Origin: Eremomyces bilateralis CBS 781.70
Lineage: Eukaryota
Reading direction: 5' to 3' (one strand)
Length of the DNA: 64,000 nt
Assembly: GCA_010015585.1 (NCBI GenBank)
Contig: ML975149.1
Part shown: piece by piece, positions 10,714-22,931 of the stretch
Position numbering within the stretch: the stretch's first letter is position 1
How the letters are laid out: each line of letters opens with the position of its first letter
Program-made: the position numbers and the translations under genes
The notes under the pieces: model-generated
What the model saw: the letters and a program-made list of their open reading frames with translations, nothing else
Told to the model about the DNA's origin: nothing
Databases searched by the model: none

Positions 10714-12361
10714 ATGGCACATCTGCTGCTCTTCATCTTGAGCCTATCTATCGTCATTTATTCGACTTTTGCGGTTACTCTGGATGGATCGCTCTGTCTA
10801 GCCAAAGAACAGCCTGAGCTAACGCTAAATGAGATCGCGGTACGTTGCCCATTTGCTATTTTACTTACACGGATCTCCTGGATTCGACATCCCTTTATGT
10901 CAAGTTGGGATCTAGTGGACGTTGATCGAGCATGCGCAAAGCAGGGACAGCAGGCCCTTTTCGGCAATCTCGTGGCATACCATATCACGTCTGTGACCGT
11001 TCAAAAGCCGCCAAAGAAACAAAGTTCCCCGCGCCAGCGCGAGGAGAAAGTTCGCTTGCGCAGCCGGCTGGAGCGCCAGAGAGGTAGATGGAACTCGCAT
11101 CACCCACGATATCGCCTTCTTGACGCCATCTATGGCTTCTCACGCTATCAAGAGCAAAACGGAGTCGAACTCCGGCGATGGAAAACCTTATACAAGCATG
11201 TTTCTATACCACAGAAGGCAGTACGTCAGAACAATACAACAACGTAAACTGGACGCTCACTCATCGGGCTCACCCTACGCTAGATGCTTGAGCATGTAGT
11301 TTATTACTCAAAGAAGCTCGAAGCCACCGAACAGCTAATCCGGAAGAACCAGAATCTGTGCGACATGATTGTGCAGAATGCCCTACGGTTCTACGAAGTC
11401 AAGCAGATCGAGTTGGACCAGTTTATCAAAGACGCGGACACGAATAAACGGAAGGCAGATCGAACGAGTGTCTCGCAGGCGCTGAAACACTTCGTTCGTG
11501 ACTGGGCGAGCGACGGCGAGCATGAGCGAAAGGCTACGTTTCCATGTATTCTCCGAACACTGGGAACCTTATTTCCACAGCGAGCTGCAGAGCCAGGGAA
11601 ACACCAGCGGGTACTGATCCCCGGCGCTGGGCTTGGACGGCTGGGTTACGATATTGCGGCCCTTGGAGGTGAGTTTCCTTCTCCACTATGGGCTGCTGGA
11701 GGTGGCGACACTATTGATGTTCGCGACTAAAAATCCATGTCAGCCCGCATTGCTAATGCTATGACTAGGGTTCGACGTAACCATCAACGAATGGTCCATG
11801 TATATGAATGTCGCTTATCGCGTCCTCGAAACGGAGGAGGACCTCTCACCCTTCACCTTCCATCCTTTCATTGACTCCTGGTCACATCACGCTACTTCCG
11901 CCGACATGCAGCGCGCTGTATCCTTCCCCGACCGACCCCTCAACACTTCGTCCGTCGTCCTCGTCGAAGGCGACTTCACCACCGAATTTCAGACCGGACA
12001 CAGCGACTACGATGCCATCGTCACACACTTCTTCATCGATACGGCACGCAATCTGATGAGCTACCTCGAGACGATCCACCGCACCTTGCGACCGGGCGGC
12101 TACTGGATCAACTCGGGTCCGCTGCTGTACGGGAGTGGGCCGTTTGTGCAACTGTCCCTGGATGAAATCATCTTGTTGTCGGAGGCATTGGGATTTGAGT
12201 TTATTGAGACGAGTCCGAGGTGCGGCGAGGTCACGTTGTCAGGGAAAAAGGTGAGGTCGATGTCGGCAATATATGGGTCGAATGAGAGGGCACTGAACAT
12301 AAATGGATATAAGGTGCAGTTTTGGGTTGCGAGGAAGCGGTTAAGGAACGGAGATCGGTGA
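10714..12361 (+). CDS. N2227-like / carnosine N-methyltransferase (CARNMT1)-family SAM methyltransferase with hydrophobic N-terminus
   Basis: LKHFVRDWASDG..ER, VLIPGAGLGRL, NEWSMYM, HPFIDSWSH, EGDF, VTHFFIDTARN, GGYWINSGPLLY. Introns 11221-11283 and about 11669-11769; the 5' exon structure is uncertain. Confidence 0.88.
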
Positions 12362-13122
12362 TAGGCGAAGACACGGCCGATTTTACCTCGAAAAAACCAC
12401 TACTTCATATCGAGGCAAGGTATTGGACAGTACGCACTCCTATGGAGATATGTTGTATTGTCCGTATTCACAATAGCCAGGATCCTGAGATCGATTTCTA
12501 AATATGTGGTTCAGATACCGTACTATCCAGCGAATACCTCTAAGTCTATTGGTGTTTTGTCATGCTACAGAACACCGTCCATCCTATTACAGCTTAAGTA
12601 AATGTCCTGTCAGTAAAACCAATGACTTGCGCCTTTTCAAAAACCTGCCCAAGCGTCTCCTTGAATTTGCTATGGGCCGGATCATTATTGACGTAGTAAT
12701 CTCTATCCTCGACGCTCTTAAATTCCTCGACAAACGCATGCGTGATGCCATTCTACATGGTGCCTCTTGACGTTATCGATCCCCATTGGTACTGATTCCG
12801 AGAACCTGTTTACGGGCCTCCATCAGCTCCATTTGGGCACATCTAGAACCTTGTTGAAGTTGAATATTCCAGGTCTTCATTAAGTGAGGAGCCGGAATCT
12901 ATCTCAGGAATGATGAGGAGAACGAGCTATATACATACATAGGCTAGTCCCGGTTAGGAATGAATCACAATATGCATCACCTACTCTAACCAGACGATGA
13001 TGGTTGCTTCCAACAAACCCTTTGGTCACGCGTCGACGCGGTCGCCCGAATCCATCCTCGCACGCCTCTCAATAAATACCTCTCGCAGATCCGGGCGCTA
13101 GAGAACTATCATATATCGAATA

Positions 13123-14579
13123 AGTCAACGGACCCACTTTCCATGCAACCTAGATTCCGTGCACCCCTTGAGATAATACGTAGATACTTAGATCGCTTTT
13201 GATCAATGAAATAAATTCAACAACACCATCTAATATTATCAGGATGCCTCGTATTAATGAAGAGGCAGTCCAACAAGCTATTAATGCTTTTCATGGCCAA
13301 GAATTTGACTCGCTGAATAAATGTGCGGATGCGTACGGTATCAAGAGATCTACACTCCGGGACAGACTCAACGGCAACGATTCCCACCAAAATAGTTCGA
13401 AGAAACTTCAGAAGTTATCTCCCGTGTCCTCAGTGGCTCAAGAAGAAGTTTTTGCCAGAAAGCAAGCCCATGAACTCCCCGGCAGCGAACGGCGCGCAGG
13501 AATGCCGCCTATTAATATGCGATGGGCACGGCTCCCACGCCACGGTCGAGTTCATGAAGTTGGTCAAGGACAACCGCGTATTCTTTGTTGTTTTTGCCCC
13601 CCCATTGTTCCTACCTCCTCCAGCCCCTTGACGTCGCGTGTTTCTCGCCCCTAAAGTCCAAATATCATAAAGAGCTCTCCCAATTAGCATCATTAGATGA
13701 TTCCGCACCTGTAAAAAAGCATAATTTTATATATATATACTCTAAATCCCGAAAAGAAGCTTTGAATTCGTACAATATTCGTGCCAGCTTCCGTGGAACT
13801 GGAACGGTTCCGTTCAACCCAGACAAAGTATTAAATAGCACCCAATTAAACGAGAACCATCAAATACAACGTCATGTGACTCCAGAGCCGCAGTATACTT
13901 ATGTATTCCGTACGCCCAAAGGCCTCAAAGATATATACGATGCCAAATTAGACGAAATGGGGGGCCGGGATTTCAGGAGGTTTCAGGGGAAGGTCGCAAA
14001 GGCACTGGCAGAGAAGAACACGGAAACCGCCCGACTCAAAGCCGAACTTCAAAGGGCTGAAAATACAATTTCAGACTTAGGAGGGCTTGCTAGCAAGAAA
14101 AGGAAACGGGTTCAGCCCAATCTGAACGAACGATTTGTTCAGATTGACCAGATTGTTGCGGCTCAGGAGGCAGCTAGGGGAGAGGGAACATGTCGGAACT
14201 CCGCGGCTATTACTTAGTCACCGCCCCTTGTAGATTACATAAGATTACATAAGCCTGGGTATATATACCCGTCAAGGTAAACTATGTACTTCTGACCGAA
14301 TACAAGCATCTCACTGCCTCTGAACAGGTATCCTATTGTTTCCGTGATTGATTGACACGCCAAAACGATCAACAGAACAAAAGGCTGCAAAACGCCTTCA
14401 AATTAACCCGGAGGAAACGTCTTGATAATTGCAGAAGGCAATGTTTAAGTCACTCTATCCACAATTTCAATTACAGCTATAGAAAAATATATGGTGGTGG
14501 TTACATTCCGCAAAATCCATTCGTCTTTGTGTCCTATTGGAGTTGTGGTGGGGGTGCACGGAAACTGGGTCCGTTGACT
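13123..14579 (+). mobile_element. Fot1/pogo DNA transposon, internally deleted
   Basis: TIRs AGTCAACGGACCCA.TTTCC.TGCA at both ends, each flanked by TA. The HTH (ADAYGIKRSTLRDRL) is joined almost directly to LICDGHGSH and LQPLDV motifs, with frameshifts. Confidence 0.92.
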
Positions 14580-14777
14580 TAACCGCCACAAACATCCTTC
14601 GTGTCTGCAAGCTGCTTCTCAGGGGACGAGACGTAGACACCCAAAGAGTTCGCCAGTAACAACCTTACCGATATATGCCGCAATATAGCTGGCATATACA
14701 GCCATATGTTTCGCGGAATTCTTGTTACAATTCGCCAGGGGCCAGTAAGAGATGGGACTCTGGAGCTGTTACTCAAA

Positions 14778-15810
14778 TTACACCAAAAATTGCTTCTTCC
14801 AGAACTCAATCTGGCAAGCGATGACTTTCTCGAATGGTTCCCCCTAATAACCGTCGTAATGACCGCCAGGGAAGATATAGATGTCCTTGGGCTCCCGTGT
14901 ACGCGAGTAGGATTCGATGGCAATATCGGTAGGTGTAAGCTCATCCTTGTCCGCAACGCACATCAGCAATGGCGTGGGAGAGATGTGATGGATGTAGCCC
15001 GACGCATTGTATGCTCAGAAGGCTTCGATGCTAAAATTCTGGCATTAGTGGACGCGGGCTAACTCGATTGTTTGGTCACTTACCTCTTAACTGTGATTTC
15101 GTTCCTTACTGTGGGGTACTTTTTTATCCCTGAAGTCACATACTCGTAACTATCTGGAGTCGGAAGATTGCAAAGTTCCTCCTCGGATTGGTTGGATACG
15201 TTCTTTATCGTCATTGCTGGTTCGCCTCTAACATGTCCTTGTCGATCTGTGTCTTGTCAGAGACTTATACCGGAATGATATTTTGAAACCGACTCACCCT
15301 TGTCGAATAGGGCTTCTATGTTCTTCACCAAATCGTTTCTGGTCATCCTATGGAAGTTGGTCTATCCATCTGTGACAGGGAACTGATGCATATTAATTAG
15401 CTGTGCTACATACTCGGACAGTACCCTGCATACCTGGCTGATCACCGCCTTCACTCTTCGATCAACGGCTGCAACCGTGAGAACATGAACGGCACTGTAG
15501 CTCGTGCCCCAGACTACTATCTTCTTCTCATCAACGTCTGGTCGTAGCTGAGCATAGGTGATTGCGTCACTGTAGTCGGCGATTTGATGAGCAGGAATGA
15601 CCTCCTGTCGAGGCTCTCCATCGCTCGCACCAAGATTTCGATTGTTGTAAAGCAGCACCGTGACGGGAAGCTCGGCCGGAAACCGCTCGGTGAAAGGCAA
15701 CATGCCCATATATTTTATCGCGCCAAAGCCATTGCTCATCACAATGCAAGGAAGCTTGGCCCCTTTGGAGGCAACCGGACACGCCCTTCTCTTTCTTTGA
15801 CCCCGCAACT
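14778..15810 (-). pseudogene. Alpha/beta hydrolase (peptidase S15/DltD-like) pseudogene
   Basis: NLGASDGEPRQE, QIADYSDAITY, WGTSYSA, DRRVKAVISQ, PTPLLM..ADKDELTP, PGGHYDGY*. In-frame stop and degraded 5' end. Confidence 0.75.
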
Positions 15811-16290
15811 ATGAGGTTCTACTCTAGCAGCACAAGAGACAACTTCCATGTACGTGGAGACAGGATGACTGATGAAGGGTTGCGGGACATGCTCTTGATG
15901 GATGTCTGAGAGTGTAGCGGGGACGGAGACTACGCCGAAGTTCCCTCTCAGACCCGCACAATAGTACTACGGGTTCTACGGCACTATTTCCTCTCCTGCA
16001 AATGTATGCTTGGGTCCAAGTTCCGACTCTCTATCCTTGTCCAATGTCTACCGTGCCTTGGAGTAAGGTAAGCTTCTTAATCTCTCATAGAGAGTGCCAG
16101 ACATTTGAAACCAGAGTTACGTAGACCACCCGTACCCCTTTTCATCCACTTCATCCAGCTCGGACCCCGCACCATTGGACGTTGAGCCATCCACTGCTCT
16201 AACAAGATGGTGTCCAGCGACCACATACGAGCAAAGACATTGAATCTGAGCATGCGCTGTTCAAAGCCAAAGTGACTAGAACTATTTAGC

Positions 16291-19174
16291 CTAGTTTAAA
16301 CTCTCTATAGTGCTGTAGAATCTACGTGATAAATCCCACACGCTCAAGTTTTCGATAGCCTGAAGGGCAATGGCCTTGAGTTTTGCGTAGCTGCCATCTT
16401 CGTAAATATCGTGTGCGTCGTCAATGGAAGGATAGCCACAGTTCTTGTTGATCCAGAGGACAACTGCATTCTGCTGAGCAACTGTACGAGACCATGGGAT
16501 ACGGTCGAGCCGGACGGAGTCTTCACTTTCGCTAGCTTCATTGGCCAAAGTGCCACTAGCCGTGGCGGGAGTGCTGAGATTGACAGCGCAGGATTCCCTG
16601 ATTGAACTACGCGTCTTCCTCTTTTCTGGGCCGAACTTGACGAATGCAAGAACATATGCATAAGCGTCAAAAACCCTCATTATCTCGCATGGGGTGTTGA
16701 CTGTGCATTCTCTAGAAATTGCAATGATGGATGCCGCATGGTATACGAGTCGTCTCGCATGGACAGGATCACTAGCGAGGACCATTTGCAGCCTGGTCTT
16801 TGCCATATCCAGCTCCATGTCGTTTGGGCTCGTCCCGTTCTGGCAGATAAGTATGATCATTTCCATCATTTCTTGTTGGCTGTACAAGTTCGCATGATGA
16901 TAAATAAGGCAAGTAATGCTGATTGTGTTAGGTACCAGTCAATTCAGTCACAGTTTGGGCACTTACTTGACATGAACAAGGTCTTGAGGTCGGGACGGTC
17001 TTACTGCAGAATCATGCAGCAATTTCAGACTCTGGAACAGATATTTCCTGAGAGGTTTCTGAGACTCTGTGAACGAATTCAGGGCGTAAAGGTTTAAGAT
17101 GGAGTTGTCCATCTCCTTCAGATTCCAGAAAAGTCGAGCGATGGTTTGAGCGCAACAGCGCTTCCACCATGATGGCACATTGTCAGAAATCGCTTTTCCG
17201 TTCAAGATTTCACGAAGGAGCGGCCGAAAAGGAGCTCCTTGAAGTGAATGTCCTGTTAGGGACGCCATGGACGCCCATGCTACGGCAGATTGCGCCTCCC
17301 AAAGGCTCTCATCGCAGGGCAGCCTGTCTGGAAGTTCTTGCAAGCTCACCACGCCTCGCTTGGTCGTCAGAGTCGAGAGACTGTTGTCATATTCGAAAAC
17401 ACTCCACGCGAGTCTCTTTGCCATCTCAGCAGCCCGCCACTGATGCCATGCAAACTCGAGTTTTGCAGCATCTTTGGGGTCGAGGTCTTCAATGGAAGGG
17501 ACCTTTAAGCTCCATGGATCGGCGATGTTTATGGAGCGGTACACGCCGGTTCTCCTAAGAGCTTGCACCAGGATTCCGCGGAAGTTGTCGGCGCGCTCAT
17601 GGAGTGACGGAACGGCGACACCCAAGCAGTAGACTTGATGATACAAGGATGCAGCTGCGAACTCGATGTTCTGATAGTCGGCAGGTCCGCGTGCATACTG
17701 CGATTCCACTTCTAGTCAGTAAGATTCCAGGTAGCACGCAAAGTCGATGGAGTATACCGCTTCGTTCAAATGCCGAAAACATATCTCGGCCAGCATGCTT
17801 GACTCCGCGTCCAGCCCCTTCTTCCTATGATACTTTGTAGACCCAAGACATGCTAAGGCAGCTATGAGGTGTGTGGGACATTTCGCAATGTTCCATGTCG
17901 CCTGGTGCATGACCGGTAACCCAGGATAGAACTCCGCAAAGTAAATGGTGACCATCTTTTCGAGATGGTGGGCCGCGGCGCTATGTTCCGGTGAATCAAT
18001 ATCTGACGGCAGATACGGTTTGGAGAGGACGCTGCTGATACTGCTCGCGAGTGTTGTACTCGCAACCGAAGAGCACTGGCTAAGCCTTCGCCTAGGAACT
18101 GTTGGCTGATTCACAGTGTGATGCCTGTTCACTTGACCAGGGGTCGGAGGAACGGGAGCGCCTGAAAACCATGGCAACGGAGAAAATTCCGGGGAAGCTA
18201 AGCGCGCAGCTTCCGCGAAAGCTGTTGCTGTTGGTGCATCCATCGATTGGCCGAAAACAGTCTGTTGAGCAAGCATTGCGGGTGGGAGCGCAGAGCCCTG
18301 TTGATCGAATCCAAGCCAATCTATTCCCCAGGGAGCACAAAGGTCCCAGTCGAGGTTGGCGAGATCCAAGTCAGATATGCTTCTTGGATCGTCTAATTGG
18401 TCTATCAAGGAGCTATTGTCTTGCAAGTCGATTCGTGTCGGCTCAGATTGCTGAATGTCCCCGAGTGGTGAAGAATCAGGAGGAAGATTGAGACCATATA
18501 AGCCTCTGTTCAGTCTCGTTGGATTAGGAGGTGGGTGCTGGATGTCATTGAGAGGGAACTCCGGTTGCTGGGCATCGATGCTTCCATCGTCACGAGATGG
18601 TCGGGATGAAGACATGGACGCTTGGATCAAGCTTTCTGGACTGTAGTGGGTCGCTCTGGGCGAAGCAGATGCATCGTTCCGGGTACTTTCTGAAGAATGA
18701 TGCGCAGATTCTGCCACATTTACGTTGACATTGCTCGACAGATTCTGGAAAATGCATTCCGTGCCTCTAGTGACGCAAGAATCGCAAGGCGGTGACCGTG
18801 AACACTTTAGCTTCCGTCGAATGCAATTCTGGCATGAAGTTTTCCGTATATTCGGCAGTGTGATGCCGTGAACCAACCGGTCATGACGCAAAAGTATGTC
18901 CTTTCGGCTGAAAAGCTTCCCGCATGGTTTACATTGGAAGCCCTCCGTCCGACCAGCTCCACTGTCAAGAAAAATCAGTAATGGATCGAGTGAAGCATCG
19001 GAGACGTACCGTGAATGAAGTTGTCGGTGCCGCTGGAGATGCGTCTGGCGCGTCAATTTCACCCCACATATATCGCATTGGAATGCTTTGCGGACAGGCT
19101 CTTCCTATCACCACTTGTGATCAGTGTTGGCTGGAAGGATTGAATGGAACAGACCATACCGGTGCTGCTGGCAT
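16291..19174 (-). CDS. Transcription factor: two C2H2 fingers, Zn(II)2Cys6 cluster and fungal-specific TF domain
   Basis: FQCDICGVKLTRQTHLQRHRQLH, FQCKPCGKLFSRKDILLRHDRLVH, CQNCIRRKLKCSRSPPCDSCVTRGTEC, YFAEFYPGLPVMHQAT, LPCDESLWEA; multi-exon. Confidence 0.88.
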
Positions 19175-20223
19175 CTTTTTACGACGAAAGTTTGTCTCTT
19201 GGCCATTCCCGTGAGCTGGTATGTGTAGCGCAGAGTTATGTTGCCTATTCGCTGGATAGCATGGTGGTACAATCACATCCCTAGGAGAAGCAATCTCGGT
19301 AATCACCAAGATACGTATTTAGAAGTCAATTGGCCCAAGGTGGTTAACTAAGGCTAACTAAGTTAGTTAACTTAGGCACCTTAACTAATTAGTGTTTCTC
19401 CTCAAGCCAGACCTTGGTAAATGGTAAATGGTAATGCACAGTAGGCACTCCCCCAAGCCACATGTGGGGTAATTAGTGGGGATCGATTGGAGACTGGTCA
19501 GGAGTCAGGAGTACTCGGGACATCGAACTCCAACTAAAACCTTTTCCGGAACGGCTAATTATCGCGAACAAGAGTATTCAGCTCTCGATGGCAGCCGGAT
19601 CCGCCATCGATATTGAAGTTTGTTGCCCGTCACCAAACTGCTAGCATCGCTCATCAAGTATCCTACTGCTCCGTCCAGCTCCTCTGGCACCGTCAATCGT
19701 TTCAATGCATTGCCTCGGTGAAATACTCCTCTAGCGTATGGTCACTCGCTATTACCGATCACAACATCTTCGTTAAAAATGGCCTATGTCGGTATTAGTG
19801 CAGAACGTTCCCCGAAGATGGATGCATCGTGCCCAGGGCTGATACTGTTCACGCGAATTTTATACTGTGCCATCTCTGCAGCAGCCTGTCGGATCAGACA
19901 AAGAACCGCAGGCTTGGAGCAGACGTATGCTGTGGCAGTCCGAGGAAATACCGCTTTGTGTCCCGCCGTCGAGGATATACAGATGACATTGCCTCCAGTT
20001 TTTTGCTTAATCATATGTTCGGCGCAGATTTGTACCGTCGAGAGCATTCCGTTCACCTGCCCACCAGTCAATGAGAAAGGTCATCTCATTGCTGAAAAGA
20101 GGACTTACATTGACGGCGAACGAGGCGTTCATGTCGTCTACGGTGTGTTCCATGAATGGATTATCTACTATAATAGCTGCTGCTGCGATGCTTTGTCACT
20201 CAGATTGTGTTTGGAGACGACTA

Positions 20224-22063
20224 AGTTCGACCCCTGCCTTCCTGCGCAACCGACAAGCTGCGCACTTCCACCATTTCCAGCAAACCTCTTCCACGCTCTA
20301 TTTCTCCCCCAAAACGGATTAAATTTGAAATTCTACTAAGCAAGACGTAAAATCCCCTACAGTAATCTCCTTCGACCTTTTTTCCAGATCAGTTTCCGTG
20401 TTTTTACGTTGGTAATCTTCCTCCGCAACCACCGGCCTGGTCCTGAGCAGCCTTGATCTCCCTAATGCGTGCGAATCGATCATTCAGGTCTATCTGAAGC
20501 TTCTTTTTCCTTTTAGGTGCTAAAACTGCCTCAAGGTGTGTCTCCAAACTCGCGATTTTGGCATCGGATAACGCCTGGCGGGACTGAAGCAGTCTGATTG
20601 CCTTAGCCGCCTTGCCAAGAACCCTCTTCGTGCCTTTCGCGACGCGACTATGCTTCGATATTACCTTCAGAGCACTGTAAACCTGTTTAGGCTTGACAGG
20701 CGTGGAAAAAGGAGTCGTATGACGCGTTCCGGTAGCTGGTGCGAGCGGCGATGCGGGTGCTAAAAGTGATGGCGGCGGCGGGGGGACCGACCAGTTAACG
20801 AACCGGTTCTGGAGGCCCTTTTCAACGTCAAATGGAACCATGCCTGCAGCTCTCCAGCCTGATCGAATCGTACGGCTACAGAGCCGGTTTTCACGGGCTT
20901 TTGCGTACAATGAGACGAACTTCCTCCGTTTAATTGGTAGGGCCTCGGCGATATAGGCCGCGTTGCGAAGAAGGGTCTTGTCGAACCGCCTCAGTGGTGA
21001 GAAACAGGCGAGATCCAGTGGCTGTAAGATGTGGGAGGTATGGGCAGGTAGGAAGATCACCACCACCTTACTTATCTTGCATAAATAGAGGAAACCCACC
21101 GTGACATGGCTGCCGTGCCCGTCAAGCACCAAAATCCTATATTCCCCCTCCGTCGCGGTTTCCTTGAGGAATAGCTCGCGCAGCCACTTCACAGCGATGT
21201 TATTCGAGGTCCATCCGTTCGGTGACACGTCGTAAAACCAATTTGGCGCGTCTGACGGGAACCAGGAGCTCTGGATAGAAGCTCCTTTCTGGATCACGGC
21301 TGGGCTAAGCGCCCGCCCTGTCGCGGACACCGTTTCGATTACGGAGATCCATTCCCTATTTTCCTGGCCCACCAAGGTGGCGACCGCCTTCTGGGAGTCT
21401 GCGATAACCACAGAATTGGATCCTATCCCTAATCCTATGCCCACTTCATCCATATTATACGTATCGTCGGGGTGGACATCGTGCTCGACCACCGCCTTGT
21501 GAAAATGGTCGTAAAACCGTCGAATGTTTTCCTCCATTGCGGCATGGTGGCGAACAGCATCTAAATTCTTGCCTAAGCAGGCTTTGACGCGTGGATTTCG
21601 GTGAAGGAAGCGAGGAATCCAATTCTTCCCAAAGGGGCTCTGGTCGGCCTGGAGGTCAAGGACTCGCGCAGCCATTTCCCGTACACGGGCGTGGGTAGGG
21701 GGAAATCCTTGAGCATCCGACTCAAGGATCCAGTCTGTTAAACAGGTCTCTTGATCCGGTGTAAGGCGTTGATTGCCCTGTTGGGCGATAGACCGTGAAG
21801 CAGAGCCTTTTAGGCGAAGGCGTAGGGTAGATTCGCTAACTTCAAAGAGCCGGGCGGCATCTCGAATTGAGTTAGCCTCGCCATCAGCAAAAGCACGTAA
21901 GGCACCTGATATCCGTTCATTGTGAGATGCCATATTAGGAAATAAAATTTATTATATAAATAACGCGTGTCTGGGGGGTTTTAACGCGTCTTGGATGGCG
22001 GTGGTCCAAAAGATGGTTGGTGGGTGCACAGGAAGGCAGGGGTTGAAGTTGAACCGTTGAACT
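20224..22063 (-). mobile_element. Fot1/pogo DNA transposon, near full length (1840 bp)
   Basis: Inverted ends AGTTC...ACCCCTGCCTTCCTG.GCA flanked by TA on both sides; contains a 509-aa transposase ORF. Confidence 0.9.
20404..21933 (-). CDS. Fot1/pogo DDE_1 transposase
   Basis: HTH-psq and CENP-B-like HTH regions; NMDEVG, SPNGWTSN, LVLDGHGSH, HTSHILQPLD. The extreme C-terminus may be frameshifted. Confidence 0.92.
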   Translation of the reverse strand: MASHNERISGALRAFADGEANSIRDAARLFEVSESTLRLRLKGSASRSIAQQGNQRLTPDQETCLTDWILESDAQGFPPTHARVREMAARVLDLQADQSPFGKNWIPRFLHRNPRVKACLGKNLDAVRHHAAMEENIRRFYDHFHKAVVEHDVHPDDTYNMDEVGIGLGIGSNSVVIADSQKAVATLVGQENREWISVIETVSATGRALSPAVIQKGASIQSSWFPSDAPNWFYDVSPNGWTSNNIAVKWLRELFLKETATEGEYRILVLDGHGSHVTVGFLYLCKISKVVVIFLPAHTSHILQPLDLACFSPLRRFDKTLLRNAAYIAEALPIKRRKFVSLYAKARENRLCSRTIRSGWRAAGMVPFDVEKGLQNRFVNWSVPPPPPSLLAPASPLAPATGTRHTTPFSTPVKPKQVYSALKVISKHSRVAKGTKRVLGKAAKAIRLLQSRQALSDAKIASLETHLEAVLAPKRKKKLQIDLNDRFARIREIKAAQDQAGGCGGRLPT

Positions 22064-22931
22064 TATAGGGTGCGCCTTCAGCGTTGCATAATCTCGAATG
22101 TCGCACCTAGTAGGCATTGTAAGGACAAGTCGCGAAACACGGGCAGCAAACTGCACCTAACTCACTTGGAATAGGCTGTTTTCACACCATAGCTCGAGAG
22201 ATAGTGGAACTCCTCGTCTGGTTTATCATGAATATCAATGGCTATGATATTCGCACCGAGCTCTGCCCTCGCGAAGCTCAAGCCCAACCCTCGACCAGCA
22301 CCCGTAATGACGATAGATCTGTTACGAAGTGAGAACTTCTTGAGGACGGATGATTGTGGCTGCATGCTTGTCAACGTCAATATTTGTTCTGCTTTCCAGG
22401 GAGTCTTCGACTAGGCCACTTACGGTTTTCCCTTACCATATTGAATTTAAACACGACTGGAGCATCAAGAAGCGCCGCAACGCCAGACTTCAGGCGCCAC
22501 GATTCATCCTAGTGAGAGCATTACCGTACTGGGACCAGGAGGGGTCTCCCTCTGAACGGAGGCCCCGCACTGGCCCCGCAGCGTACCCCCTGATGCGCTA
22601 GACCTGCTACCTCCTCACACTTCTCCGTCCCCAATCTATCATATCACGAGAATCTTTTTGGGCTAACTTTGGTCATTTTTGGTGTAGCAATGATTGGGAC
22701 ACTTGCCTGGGTGGGCCGTTTATCAGCGAAAGGCGCCATAGGATGGACCGTATATAAGCTGACTTGTTGGCGGATGCTCTGGATTCAATCTTCTTTTGGG
22801 GGTTCTCTGTGCAGTCATCCCACCTCGTTTCCTGTGTTATCAAATTAGCCATCGCGGCCTTCCACTCTCTCAACTAGTGTCATCTCTCAAGGAAACCGGG
22901 GTCTCATATCCGCGAGTCACAGTCGTTCGAA

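Larger units (their letters stand above)
19590..22365 (-). pseudogene. Short-chain dehydrogenase pseudogene split by a Fot1 insertion
   Basis: 5' part at 22066-22365 (ITGAGRGLG, CDIRDY); 3' part at 19590-20200 ([26 protein letters not shown]) with a stop and frameshifts. Confidence 0.82.

Noticed and set aside
19335..19420. Isolated CAAGGT/ACCTTG hexamers upstream of the transcription factor
   Set aside because: They lack the extended context of the 10-kb copies, and hexamers occur often by chance.
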